DNA of 64,000 nucleotides from an uncultured Alphaproteobacteria bacterium (GCA_949292205.1 CASEYR010000008.1:14382-78381), one strand, 5' to 3'; positions 32,268 to 41,693 are shown, counted from the stretch's first letter. Numbers and translations are program-made. The notes: a model not told the origin generated them from the sequence alone.

Positions 32268-33780
32268 TTACTCTGACTGAATAGTAGCACAATCAACTAA
32301 AGCACCGTTGCAAGCACAATCATCAGCCGCCTGAGCACAACTATGTTCATCGTTCAAGAATCGAACGTAAAGAGGACGCTGATAATAAGCCGTTGTCACG
32401 GGTCCGGCAGTCGTCACGGGTCCGGCAGTCGTCACGGGAGCCGTTGTCTCAGGAGCCGTTGTCGTTGTCGGAGCCGTTGTTGTCGTTGTCGGTGTAGCCG
32501 TCGTTGTTGTTGAAAGTGGTCTAGAGAAACTTGTCACCGTTGAGTACTCATTACTGACAGGATTAGACACAGACGATCCTTTTGACGATGTTGACTCAAA
32601 CAACGGATAGGTTGTTCTTGGATACGTCGTTGAGGTCGACTCTGTCATGGTTGACGTTGTCGTTGAGTGTGACGTTGTCGACGGCAACGTTGAATACGAC
32701 GTTGAGTGTGACGTTGTCGACGGCAACGTTGAATACGACGTTGAGTGTGACGTTGTTGACGGCAACGTTGAATACGACGTTGAGTATGACGTTGTCGACG
32801 GCAACGTTGAATACGACGTTGAGTATGACGTTGTCGACGGCAACGTTGAATACGACTGTCGACGGCAACGTTGAATACGACGTTGAGTGTGACGTTGTTG
32901 ACGGCAACGTTGATACCTCTGTCATGGAAGAAATCGTTGACGGCAACGTTGAATACGACGTTGTTGACGGCGACGTTGAATATGACGTTGTTGACGGCGA
33001 CGTTGATACCTCTGTCACGGAAGAAACCGTTGACGGCAACGTTGAGTGTGACGTTGTTGACGGCGACGTTGAATACGACGTTGAGTATGACGTTGTTGAC
33101 GGCGACGTTGATACCTCTGTCACGGAAGAAATCGTTGACGGCGACGTTGATACCTCTGTTACGGAAGAAACCGTCGACGGCGACGTTGATACCTCTGTCA
33201 CGGAAGAAATCGTTGACGGCGATGTTGATACCTCTGTTACGGAAGAAACCGTCGACGGCGACGTTGAATCAGGCGGTGGCGTTGTTGTCGTTTGAATATC
33301 AGCACACTGACAAGACCCATCTATATACATCGGCATCTGACTGGGATGACATGTAACACATGATGGACAACATTGTGCCCTATTCTGCTGATCCGGAGCA
33401 TAACAACCACTGGGACAAGATACATCCCCACCGATAACACTGCTTGTTATTACATCACCCAGCGTTGAAATCACATCGCCTTGTATCGTGGTATCCCCTA
33501 ATATAGTAGAGGTTGTATCCCCCACAACAGTGGAAGATGTATCCCCAAGTGTTGTCGTGGAATCATCCGCAAATGTTGTCGTTTCAAAGAACGGCGTGGA
33601 TGACATACCACATCTGGGATCCGATGGATTTTCCTCACAATAACAGACGCATCGCCCGTCAACAAATCCAACCGGATCAAACTCACACTTGTCAGGCGCA
33701 CAACATACCTCTGCCGTCCATCCGACCTGTGACAAAATCAACGGGATGACCGCCACCCCTGCCATTAAAACGATACGCAT
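32268..33780 (-). pseudogene. secreted mucin-like Ser/Thr-rich repeat protein with N- and C-terminal Cys-rich domains; frameshifted
   Basis: ORF 32596..33780 (signal peptide, CC-containing Cys domain, VSSVTEVSTSPST repeats) and ORF 32268..32843 (STLPSTTSYSTSY repeats, TTTAP linker, C-terminal Cys domain) are one gene. They are split by a frame change at about 32857, where a 39-nt repeat unit lacks 14 nt. Confidence 0.75.
32640..33280. repeat. two families of 39-nt (13-codon) tandem repeats
   Basis: About 7 copies of GTTGAGTGTGACGTTGTCGACGGCAACGTTGAATACGAC, then about 8 copies of GTTGACGGCGACGTTGATACCTCTGTCACGGAAGAAATC-type units. One unit at 32857..32881 is truncated to 25 nt. Confidence 0.9.
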
Positions 33781-35022
33781 TTAATCCTCCTTTTGACGTC
33801 CCGATGTCGTCGGTGCCGCCTGCATAACATTTACCTGACGCACCAAACGGGGCGTTCCTTTGGGTTGTTTCAGGGTATAGATAAACTCTTTATTTTTAAT
33901 TGAATCCGTTAACAACTTTTCTGCCGGCGGAATAACCCTATCCAACTGGCGTTTTAATACCGTCAACACCTTTGCCCGATTTGGGGTCCATTGATTTTGG
34001 GATTTTAAATAATCCGGTTCATTGGCGATAGCCGATTTCAACACATCCAAACTCTTTTGTGCCCGTGTATATTGAATATACCGCATTTTTACCAATGATT
34101 CATACTCATGATCCACCATATCCAGATTAAGCAAAACCAAACTATCCACCACCTTCATTCGGCGATATTCGGAATGAAAGAAACAACCGGACGGGTCATC
34201 AATTTTTCCTGTTTCTATTTGTGAAACATCATAAATCGGATACCCCCATCGGGTTTGCATATCCCGTTTCCGTTCATCAACCAATTCGGCAGGAACTTCC
34301 GCCAACTTGTCCCCCGTAATTAAATACTTTTCGGGGATAAACTTGCCCCCGTATTCATTCCGATGAAACATATCCATATTCGGCACAAAGAACGGCACAT
34401 CAAATAAAAAGGACATATTTTCATTCACAACATCCCGCAGTGTTTCGGCATACGCCCGTTCATCAGGGGTAAATGTATTCAGGACTTTATCCGGTATTGT
34501 AAAAAACGGTTGCGCCCCTTGAACCGGTTCAAAAACCGCCATCATTTTACCGGCATCCAATTTAAAATGATACACGACAACGCGATTTTTATATAAACTT
34601 AACCGAAAGTCATCACCCCAATACAGCCCGCTTGCCCCCGGTCCCCAATACCAATTACCTTGATTCGCCCGAATCAAAGCCATATAATGCGGGGGAATTT
34701 TATCATAGTTAGAGGAAGCCTCCATTTTTTGATTAATATACGGTATTTTTTCAGGATCACGGGTCCGTCGCGGTGGGAAAGCAGCCGTTGCCAAATGTTT
34801 TGCAACAAAGTCATCTATACCGGTTAACGGGATATCAACGGATTCCGTTTTGGGACGGGATATCCCCTTGCCCATCCGTTGTCCCCCGACGGAAGCCAAC
34901 ATCACCCGATTTCTGGCGCCTGTCTGTCCCGTATATCTACCGGATGCCCCCATGACCGGTGTCGTCGTCATAACCGCCATTGCCAATAAACTTAACATCG
35001 TCTTTTTTGCCTGATATCCCAT
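33781..35022 (-). CDS. secreted hypothetical protein (413 aa)
   Basis: N-terminal signal peptide (MKKTMLSLLAMAVMTTTPVMGASG). No recognisable domain. Its stop abuts the ATG of the mucin-like gene (TAAATG). Confidence 0.55.
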   Translation of the reverse strand: MGYQAKKTMLSLLAMAVMTTTPVMGASGRYTGQTGARNRVMLASVGGQRMGKGISRPKTESVDIPLTGIDDFVAKHLATAAFPPRRTRDPEKIPYINQKMEASSNYDKIPPHYMALIRANQGNWYWGPGASGLYWGDDFRLSLYKNRVVVYHFKLDAGKMMAVFEPVQGAQPFFTIPDKVLNTFTPDERAYAETLRDVVNENMSFLFDVPFFVPNMDMFHRNEYGGKFIPEKYLITGDKLAEVPAELVDERKRDMQTRWGYPIYDVSQIETGKIDDPSGCFFHSEYRRMKVVDSLVLLNLDMVDHEYESLVKMRYIQYTRAQKSLDVLKSAIANEPDYLKSQNQWTPNRAKVLTVLKRQLDRVIPPAEKLLTDSIKNKEFIYTLKQPKGTPRLVRQVNVMQAAPTTSGRQKED

Positions 35023-35036
35023 GTTTTTACTCCTTT

Positions 35037-35885
35037 TTATTCGTCCTTAACTTCACCACATCCTGCCGGCACCCATTCACCGTTGTCATCTTTACCGGTA
35101 CACTTGGGGCAACATTCGCACGTTGTTACACCATCACCATCTTCATCATTACAATTATACAGCTCACCGGCACAACAGGCAGACTCACCAGCTCCATTCA
35201 CATACGCTTTTTCACCGTCCGGACAACCCTCGCACTTACCATCTTTAATGCTTGCCTTGTCACAACAAACGTATTCACCGGCATCATTTTTGGCAATGTC
35301 TTCACTGGCTTCACAACACAACGCCACCCCTTCCTTTTCACGCAATACTTCCGAGGCATCGCAACAATATTCTATTCCATTTGAACTTATATATGGAACT
35401 TCCCCATCCTTACAACACGAAGCCTTACATGACTTTGTTCCATCATCTTCCACACACACTTTGTTCGGAGATATACAACATGCCTCTATCCTAGAAGTAG
35501 GGGTTGGATTATACTTTTCCGCATCAGCTGGACAACAACCATATGTATAAGCTAAAACTCCAGATGGACATGTTCTAGTCCCCGCGATATACCATTGCAG
35601 TTCAGCACTATCATCATCACCACCACAGCACGGCGTTCCATCCGGCGCTAAATTTGAACAGAACAAACCGCCACAAGAAGATCGACAACACCCAGCATGT
35701 ACAGCACAATCATCTGCCCCAAAACAAACTTCTTTAGAACACTCCGAATATCCAGAGGGGCAGTTTATCACATCATCTTCTTCCGATGCATCAACTGGAC
35801 ATGCATCAAAAATCTGAGCACTGCCAGAAAAGCTATAAGCAATAAGAAACAATAGTACATATATCCATATCTTCATATACACCAT
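35037..35885 (-). CDS. secreted cysteine-rich protein with CC doublets (282 aa)
   Basis: Signal peptide, then about 45 Cys, many as CC pairs (CCKDG, CCDAS, CCEAS, CCDKA, CECCPKC). Start 4 nt after the stop of the upstream gene. Confidence 0.6.
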   Translation of the reverse strand: MVYMKIWIYVLLFLIAYSFSGSAQIFDACPVDASEEDDVINCPSGYSECSKEVCFGADDCAVHAGCCRSSCGGLFCSNLAPDGTPCCGGDDDSAELQWYIAGTRTCPSGVLAYTYGCCPADAEKYNPTPTSRIEACCISPNKVCVEDDGTKSCKASCCKDGEVPYISSNGIEYCCDASEVLREKEGVALCCEASEDIAKNDAGEYVCCDKASIKDGKCEGCPDGEKAYVNGAGESACCAGELYNCNDEDGDGVTTCECCPKCTGKDDNGEWVPAGCGEVKDE

Positions 35886-35889
35886 CCTA

Positions 35890-37416
35890 TTATTCAGAAA
35901 CTATATCTTCATTTTCATCTTCATTTTCATCTTCATTTTCATCTTCATTTACTTCAATACTAGAGCCTAAAACAGAACATGGTGGACTATAGTATCCTGT
36001 CCCTGATTTAGTAGATATGGCACAAACAACCGGATAATATTCTATCTTATCACATCCGCAATTAGCCGTCGGCTTCACACAGATGGGGGCAATCCTAGCT
36101 AGATGATGCGTCCACGATGGAGCACAACCATAAATCAAATAACTACATAGACCAGAATAATAAACCTCATTAGATAACAGTACCTCACCCGGTTTACAAG
36201 GAGAGCAAGCCTCATTCTGAGGAACACCGTTACAACAATACTGTCCCGCATTCAAACATGTTCTACCACACAAACCATGAACACAACACTGACCTGTATC
36301 AGATTTTTCACCATCGCAACTGCCGATTCCACCCATACCGGGCTCATCATTACCACTATTACCACCACTGCTGCCGCCATCTTCGACATCACAAAACTCA
36401 TTGTCCGGAAGACAAACATTTTCGCACTCATTCGTTCTATCAGGGCAAGAGCAATAGCTACCTGATTGTCCCTTAACCGTATAGGGGCAATCCTCTTTAC
36501 AACACCCATCTACGCACTCATACGGCCTATCCGTCGGGCATCCACCACACGACTCACCGTCCGGAATACAAACACCTTCGCAATCATACGTTCCATCAGG
36601 GCAAGAGCAATAGCTACCTGATTGTCCCTTAACCGTATAAGGACAATCCTCTTTACAACAATCGTCCTCACACTCATACGGTGTCGTTACAAGGCATCCG
36701 TCACCAGAACAGAATCCCGCATCATCACAATCATCGCAACACTTTAAATCCGACGGACACAAAATCGTCCCATACGAACATCCGCCCTGACAATCCGTTC
36801 CAAAGCACAAAATAAACGGTGTCCGAGCTTCCCCTTCGGGATTTTCAGCATTCGGTCGAGACGGACTCCGCTTTGCCGGATCCACAATCTCACAAAACGC
36901 ATCAACTTCATCCTCGTCAGAGGTTGTATATACAAATTTGTTTGAATCGCTCAACCTTGCCGATGTATACTCTAAATTTGCACGCAATAGCTTACGACAA
37001 ACATTCCATGTCATTTCCTCAACATAGACTTCAAATGTCTTTTTGTTAATAACATCAACAAAAATCTCGGCCCCCGTCGGCGTCGTAAAACCATAGATCG
37101 TTCCATCCGCTTCCGGTTCTAAAAAGGTAACACCGCTAATCACTTCTTTGATCGGGATCTGGATACGCCCCCCTGCCTCGGCACGTTCACCATACTTGTC
37201 CGTAATAAATCCCGTTCGCGATCCAACGATTGATTTAACAACCCAGTCAACGGTTTCATTTTCTTTATGGAGTTCAATAGCGTAATGGTATCCCCACAAT
37301 GCCGTTATAGACAAAACACCGACAATAGCCAGTGTTGCCAACATTTCAATCATGGTCCTACCCGATTCGCCTTTCAAATCACCTTGAAGCACGCGAAATC
37401 CCTTAAACATACCCAT
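35890..37416 (-). CDS. prepilin-like N-terminus fused to a disulfide-rich repeat domain (508 aa)
   Basis: N-terminus MGMFKGFRVLQGDLKGESG|RTMIEMLATLAIVGVLSITALWGY: short basic leader, Gly, Glu at +5, about 20 hydrophobic residues (class III signal-like). About 150-aa domain, then Cys-rich modules with a 52-aa internal duplication (YEC.DDCCKEDCPYTVKGQSGSYCSCPD) and an (EDEN)4 acidic tail. RBS GGGGGT. Confidence 0.6.
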   Translation of the reverse strand: MGMFKGFRVLQGDLKGESGRTMIEMLATLAIVGVLSITALWGYHYAIELHKENETVDWVVKSIVGSRTGFITDKYGERAEAGGRIQIPIKEVISGVTFLEPEADGTIYGFTTPTGAEIFVDVINKKTFEVYVEEMTWNVCRKLLRANLEYTSARLSDSNKFVYTTSDEDEVDAFCEIVDPAKRSPSRPNAENPEGEARTPFILCFGTDCQGGCSYGTILCPSDLKCCDDCDDAGFCSGDGCLVTTPYECEDDCCKEDCPYTVKGQSGSYCSCPDGTYDCEGVCIPDGESCGGCPTDRPYECVDGCCKEDCPYTVKGQSGSYCSCPDRTNECENVCLPDNEFCDVEDGGSSGGNSGNDEPGMGGIGSCDGEKSDTGQCCVHGLCGRTCLNAGQYCCNGVPQNEACSPCKPGEVLLSNEVYYSGLCSYLIYGCAPSWTHHLARIAPICVKPTANCGCDKIEYYPVVCAISTKSGTGYYSPPCSVLGSSIEVNEDENEDENEDENEDIVSE

Positions 37417-37450
37417 TGAGCACCCCCAAAAAAAGAATACTTTTATTTAC

Positions 37451-37478
37451 TTTACTTTTGAGTATACCGCTTTTTTCA
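37451..37478 (-). promoter_or_regulatory. near-consensus sigma70 promoter for the secreted-protein operon
   Basis: Minus-strand TTGCAT-16nt-TATACT, about 35 nt upstream of the 37416 start codon. Confidence 0.6.
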
Positions 37479-37508
37479 ATTAATGCAAGGATTTTTTTTA
37501 TGTTTTTA

Positions 37509-37787
37509 CTAAAAAACCTCTCCGAAGCGATTATCCACCAAAAGACTTAGTGCTTCTACCGCTTGACCGGCGTCCTCACCCTCCGCCGTTATCTTAATTG
37601 TATCTCCCAAAGGGACTGCTAACATCAAAAGTCCCATTATGGATTTTCCGGAAGCACTCTGACCATCTTGCTTTTCTACGGAAATATCCGACCGAAACGT
37701 CTCGGCCACCTTGACAAATGCCGCTGTTGCACGAGCGTGAAGTCCTTTTAAATTCTGAATCTTTACCGTTCGAGTGACCGTGTCCAT
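37509..37787 (-). CDS. phosphocarrier protein HPr/NPr
   Basis: 92 aa. Active-site His in GLHARATAAFV. Confidence 0.8.
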   Translation of the reverse strand: MDTVTRTVKIQNLKGLHARATAAFVKVAETFRSDISVEKQDGQSASGKSIMGLLMLAVPLGDTIKITAEGEDAGQAVEALSLLVDNRFGEVF

Positions 37788-38189
37788 CTAATTATCCAAT
37801 CTTAATAAATGTGACGCTATATTGATATACTTACGCCCCGCTTCCTGTGCTGCCAAAACAGCATCCGGAACAGTTTCTGTGCGTTCACGCATTAGCTTAA
37901 CCAACATCGGTATATTCATTCCGGACACAACCTCTATATTACACTCCTCCATAATAGAAATAGCTAAGTTAGACGGTGTCCCCCCAAACATATCCGTGAT
38001 AACAACTACACCATCCCCCGTATCAACAGCGGCTGTCTTTTCCAAGATCTCTCGTCTTTTTTGCTCCATATCGTCATCGGGGTTAATTCCCACACACTCA
38101 ACACCCGTTTGCGGACCAACAACATGCTGTGTTACCGCCAACATCTCTTGAGCTAACCGACCATGTGTTACTAAAACGATACCTATCAT
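37788..38189 (-). CDS. PTS EIIA component, mannose/fructose family
   Basis: 133 aa. MIGIVLVTHG...; PF03610-like N-terminus with the conserved His. Confidence 0.75.
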   Translation of the reverse strand: MIGIVLVTHGRLAQEMLAVTQHVVGPQTGVECVGINPDDDMEQKRREILEKTAAVDTGDGVVVITDMFGGTPSNLAISIMEECNIEVVSGMNIPMLVKLMRERTETVPDAVLAAQEAGRKYINIASHLLRLDN

Positions 38190-38192
38190 TAT

Positions 38193-38660
38193 TTACTCCT
38201 TTTCAATCAATGTTGTCGTCAATTTTAATTTTTGCATTGACAACTGCATGATAGTCCATGCTTGATCTACCAAAGCCGGATGACTTTTCCAAAGTCGATA
38301 AGCCGGCACTTTATGCTCCCCCAAAAACTCGATATTTTGCTCAGGCAATCGCTCTGGGCATTCATCTACCAACTCAATAACCGCTGCAACAGGAGCATTT
38401 GCACAAACCTTAAATCCAGACACTATCCCGATTGAACGAACTTCCAAACAACCGATACCACGTTCCGGCAAAACTGCCAGTAAATCTGTTCCGCTCTCAG
38501 TAAGCTGCGTTACATCATCCGAAACCAACAAAGCCCCTCGATATATGAGTTGAAGAGCCAACGAAGACTTTCCCGAACCAGACCTCCCCCGAATCAGAAA
38601 AGCATGATTATCCAAACAAATACTTGTTGCAGCAATCTGTTGTGCAAAGGAAGCCTTCAT
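38193..38660 (-). CDS. hprK: HPr kinase/phosphorylase, short alphaproteobacterial form (C-terminal kinase domain only)
   Basis: 155 aa. P-loop [19 protein letters not shown]. Gene order hprK-EIIA(Man)-npr is the alphaproteobacterial arrangement. Confidence 0.8.
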   Translation of the reverse strand: MKASFAQQIAATSICLDNHAFLIRGRSGSGKSSLALQLIYRGALLVSDDVTQLTESGTDLLAVLPERGIGCLEVRSIGIVSGFKVCANAPVAAVIELVDECPERLPEQNIEFLGEHKVPAYRLWKSHPALVDQAWTIMQLSMQKLKLTTTLIEKE

Positions 38661-38682
38661 CCGACACCTCTCAACTTAGGTT

Positions 38683-38759
38683 TGGCGTTCTCGGCGGGAG
38701 TCGAACCCACGGCCCCAGGATTAGGAATCCTGTGCTCTATCCATCTGAGCTACGAGAAC
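38683..38759 (-). tRNA. tRNA-Arg (CCT)
   Basis: Cloverleaf: acceptor GTTCTCG/CGAGAAC, anticodon loop TTCCTAA, T-loop TTCGACT, GCCA. Confidence 0.9.
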
Positions 38760-38770
38760 TGAATCCCTCC

Positions 38771-39031
38771 CTACTCTTTGTTTAGATATTCACAGAACAT
38801 CCGAACAATAACAAAGTTAACAACAATTAAAATCAGCTCTAACAAGAAAACTGTGAAACCGTTCTTAAATAAAGAAACGAACGCCCCAAAGACAGCAAGA
38901 GCCAGCACAAACATCAAAACGAAATAAATTGCCTTGGCATATGGCTTTAATTTCGGAGCCATACTAACCGTCAAAACAGGTTCCAATGTTAAGAATTGTT
39001 GCAAAGCTGCTTTCATTTGTTCCTTATCCAT
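38771..39031 (-). CDS. small two-TM membrane protein (86 aa)
   Basis: ORF with two hydrophobic helices between lysS and tRNA-Arg. Confidence 0.35.
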   Translation of the reverse strand: MDKEQMKAALQQFLTLEPVLTVSMAPKLKPYAKAIYFVLMFVLALAVFGAFVSLFKNGFTVFLLELILIVVNFVIVRMFCEYLNKE

Positions 39032-39048
39032 TTTTTTTCTCCTCTTGT

Positions 39049-40527
39049 TTATTTTTTACGCATAGTTGGGAAAGCTATAATATCACGAATCGATGGATTA
39101 GATGTCAACACCATAATCAATCGATCTATTCCGACCCCCAATCCCCCGGTCGGTGGCATACCATGTTCCAAAGCCGTTACAAAATCTTCATCCATCATAT
39201 CCGCTTCATCATCACCGGCTTCACGTGCCTTGACTTGCTCTTCAAAACGAGCCCGCTGATCAATCGGGTTTGTCAACTCGGAGTAAGCATTACACATCTC
39301 CCACGTATTGATAAACGTTTCAAAACGTTCAACCAAACGAGGATCATTGCGATGCTCTTTCGTTAATGGAGATATTGACTTTGGATGATCAATGACGTGA
39401 ACCGGCTGAATCAAATGATCTTCACACTTTTCTTCAAAAACAGCCGCCAAACAGTGTCCCCAATCCGTATCATCCGTAACGGCCACATGTAACTCTTTAG
39501 CGGCAGCACGAGCCTCTTCATCCGTTTGAATCGACATAAAGTCAACACCTGTGTACTCTTTAACCAGATCAGCCATTGAACGTCGCGGATATGGTCCTTT
39601 CAGGTTAATCTTACGACCGTTTAATTCAATTTCCAAAGAACCGTTAACAGCCATACACGCCGTTTCAACGATCTGTTCAAATAACGTCATCATATCCGTA
39701 TAATCGTTATACTGGCGGTATACTTCCATCATTGTAAATTCAGGATTATGCCGTGTATCAATACCCTCGTTCCGGAAATTACGCCCGATTTCAAAAACGC
39801 CTGGAAGCCCCCCGACGATGAGTCGCTTCAAGTACAGCTCAGGCGCCACACGCAAAAACAAATCCATATCCAATGCATTGTGATGCGTAATAAACGGCTT
39901 AGCTGTCGCCCCACCCTTAATCACATGCAACAATGGTGTTTCTACTTCCAACAATCCTTTCCCCAATAATAGCTGACGAATTGCGGTAATAATGTTGCTC
40001 CGCTTAATCAGAGTTTCCGTTGTTTCGGGATTCATAATCATATCCAGATAACGCTGACGATATTTTGTATCCGTATCCGTCAACCCATGGAATTTTTCTG
40101 GCAAAGGCAACAATGATTTTGCCAACATCGTGATTTGGCGAGAAGCAACCGAAAGTTCACCTCTTTTTGTCCGACGAACCGTTCCTTCAACACCAATAAT
40201 ATCACCGATATCCAGAAAGCCCAACATTTCTTTCATAGATTCGGTCGCTTGTTCTAAAGAAGTATATATTTGTATCTTTCCGGTTGCATCATAAACATCT
40301 ATAAACATACCGGAGTTACGAACGGCTCGAACACGACCGGCAACTTTAACAACATCATCGATCTGAGTATCATTCGGTAATGAAGCATATTTCTCCCGCA
40401 GGCTGGCCGAGGTATCCGTCGGTCTGTAAATTTGCGGATACGCATTAATTCCCTTGGCCTCCATATTTTTTAATTTTTCAACTCGAATTTGACGCTGTTC
40501 ATGCCCCGTATTCGTTACTTCTGCCAT
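39049..40527 (-). CDS. lysS: lysine--tRNA ligase, class II
   Basis: 492 aa. OB-fold N-terminal domain; class II motifs (FRNEGIDTRHNPEFTMMEVY; GGLGVGIDRLIM). Confidence 0.85.
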   Translation of the reverse strand: MAEVTNTGHEQRQIRVEKLKNMEAKGINAYPQIYRPTDTSASLREKYASLPNDTQIDDVVKVAGRVRAVRNSGMFIDVYDATGKIQIYTSLEQATESMKEMLGFLDIGDIIGVEGTVRRTKRGELSVASRQITMLAKSLLPLPEKFHGLTDTDTKYRQRYLDMIMNPETTETLIKRSNIITAIRQLLLGKGLLEVETPLLHVIKGGATAKPFITHHNALDMDLFLRVAPELYLKRLIVGGLPGVFEIGRNFRNEGIDTRHNPEFTMMEVYRQYNDYTDMMTLFEQIVETACMAVNGSLEIELNGRKINLKGPYPRRSMADLVKEYTGVDFMSIQTDEEARAAAKELHVAVTDDTDWGHCLAAVFEEKCEDHLIQPVHVIDHPKSISPLTKEHRNDPRLVERFETFINTWEMCNAYSELTNPIDQRARFEEQVKAREAGDDEADMMDEDFVTALEHGMPPTGGLGVGIDRLIMVLTSNPSIRDIIAFPTMRKK

Positions 40528-40636
40528 CTTTGATTTCCTTTTCTAAATTAAATTCTGAAACGTAATCTACCGTCTTTTCCTGAAAAAGTCAAATTATTTA
40601 GATGACAAAATAAAAAAAAATTGCTATGATTGGCTT

Positions 40637-41623
40637 ATGATGACACATTTTATTTGTCCTTTTTTCAAAACCTGCGGCGGTTGCCTGTATCAAGATTTAT
40701 CGGAAGAGGCTTACTTAGAGAAAAAGCAGGCTTTTATTGTGCGTGCTTTTGCCGATCATAGTATTTCCGTCACACCGGATCCTATTGTCAGAATCCCCAT
40801 TCATTCACGTCGACGGGCAACTTTTGCTTTTTCCGGAGAACATATTGGGTACAATGCATTAAAGAGTCATCGCATCATTGATATAACCGAATGCCGGCTA
40901 TTAAAAGAGGAGATTGTAAGCTTTTTACCGACTCTTAAACAATGGGTTCGCATATTGCAAGACAAAGGAGATATCTCTATCTTGGTTACCGACTCAGGTT
41001 TAGATATTCATATCAAAACAACAAAAGCAAATCACCCGAGCTTACCTCTATTAGAACAACTGACTTTTATGGCCTCTGATCCCACAGTGGTCCGATTAAG
41101 TTACAATCAAACACCGATTGTATCAAAGCTATCCCTCCCTTTTCCGCCAGACTCATTTTTGCAACCATCTAAAGAGGGTGAAGCAGAGCTGATTCGTCTT
41201 TTGTTAGAACAAACAACCGATATACACAAAGCGATTGATTTGTTTTGTGGCAACGGCACCTTTACCAGACCACTGTTAGCCAACGGAGTTAAAATTACCG
41301 GCTATGATTGTGCAGAGAATGTCCGTATGCTGGGTTCTAACGGAGTTATGCGGGATTTATTTCGCGTTCCGCTTTCTGCTGAAGAAATGAAAGGGGTAGA
41401 TTGCGTTATTTTAGATCCACCCCGTGCCGGAGCAAAAGCTCAGATAGAACAATTGGCATTAGCAAATATCCCTAAAATTATTATGATTTCATGTAATCCA
41501 AGCACAGCGGCTCGGGATTCAAAGATATTAGTCAATGCCGGCTGGCAATTAACAAAAGTTACACCGATTGATCAATTTACTTGGTCTAATCATATTGAGC
41601 TCTTCTGCGTTTTTAAAAAATAA
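40637..41623 (+). CDS. class I SAM-dependent RNA (uracil-5)-methyltransferase, RumA/TrmA-like, lacking a TRAM domain
   Basis: 328 aa. N-terminal Cys cluster CPFFKTCGGC (Fe-S). C-terminal MTase motifs (DLFCGNGTF, DPPRAG, conserved Cys nucleophile region). Confidence 0.65.
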   Translation: MMTHFICPFFKTCGGCLYQDLSEEAYLEKKQAFIVRAFADHSISVTPDPIVRIPIHSRRRATFAFSGEHIGYNALKSHRIIDITECRLLKEEIVSFLPTLKQWVRILQDKGDISILVTDSGLDIHIKTTKANHPSLPLLEQLTFMASDPTVVRLSYNQTPIVSKLSLPFPPDSFLQPSKEGEAELIRLLLEQTTDIHKAIDLFCGNGTFTRPLLANGVKITGYDCAENVRMLGSNGVMRDLFRVPLSAEEMKGVDCVILDPPRAGAKAQIEQLALANIPKIIMISCNPSTAARDSKILVNAGWQLTKVTPIDQFTWSNHIELFCVFKK

Positions 41624-41640
41624 TACCTCTGACTATCTTT

Positions 41641-41681
41641 TCTTGATTAAAAAAAATCAATATTTATCTTTAATCAAGATA
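41641..41681. promoter_or_regulatory. perfect 11-bp inverted repeat TCTTGATTAAA-N19-TTTAATCAAGA
   Basis: Between the methyltransferase stop and the small ORF at 41694. No flanking T-run, so it looks like an operator rather than a terminator. Confidence 0.35.
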
Positions 41682-41693
41682 GAGAGGTATTCT

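Noticed and set aside
32640-33280. Possible CRISPR array suggested by regular 39-nt periodicity
   Set aside because: Units are directly tandem with no unique spacers, lie inside a Ser/Thr-rich coding sequence, and no cas genes are nearby.
32582-33356. Plus-strand ORFs 32582..33295, 32647..32874 and 32871..33356 with highly repetitive translations (VDGNVEYDV..., LTATLNTTLS...)
   Set aside because: They are antisense or alternative-frame readings of the 39-nt coding repeats of the minus-strand mucin-like gene. Repeats keep frames open artificially.
38550-38762. 70-aa plus-strand ORF overlapping hprK end and tRNA-Arg
   Set aside because: It overlaps a well-folded tRNA on the opposite strand and the hprK coding region. 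No RBS.
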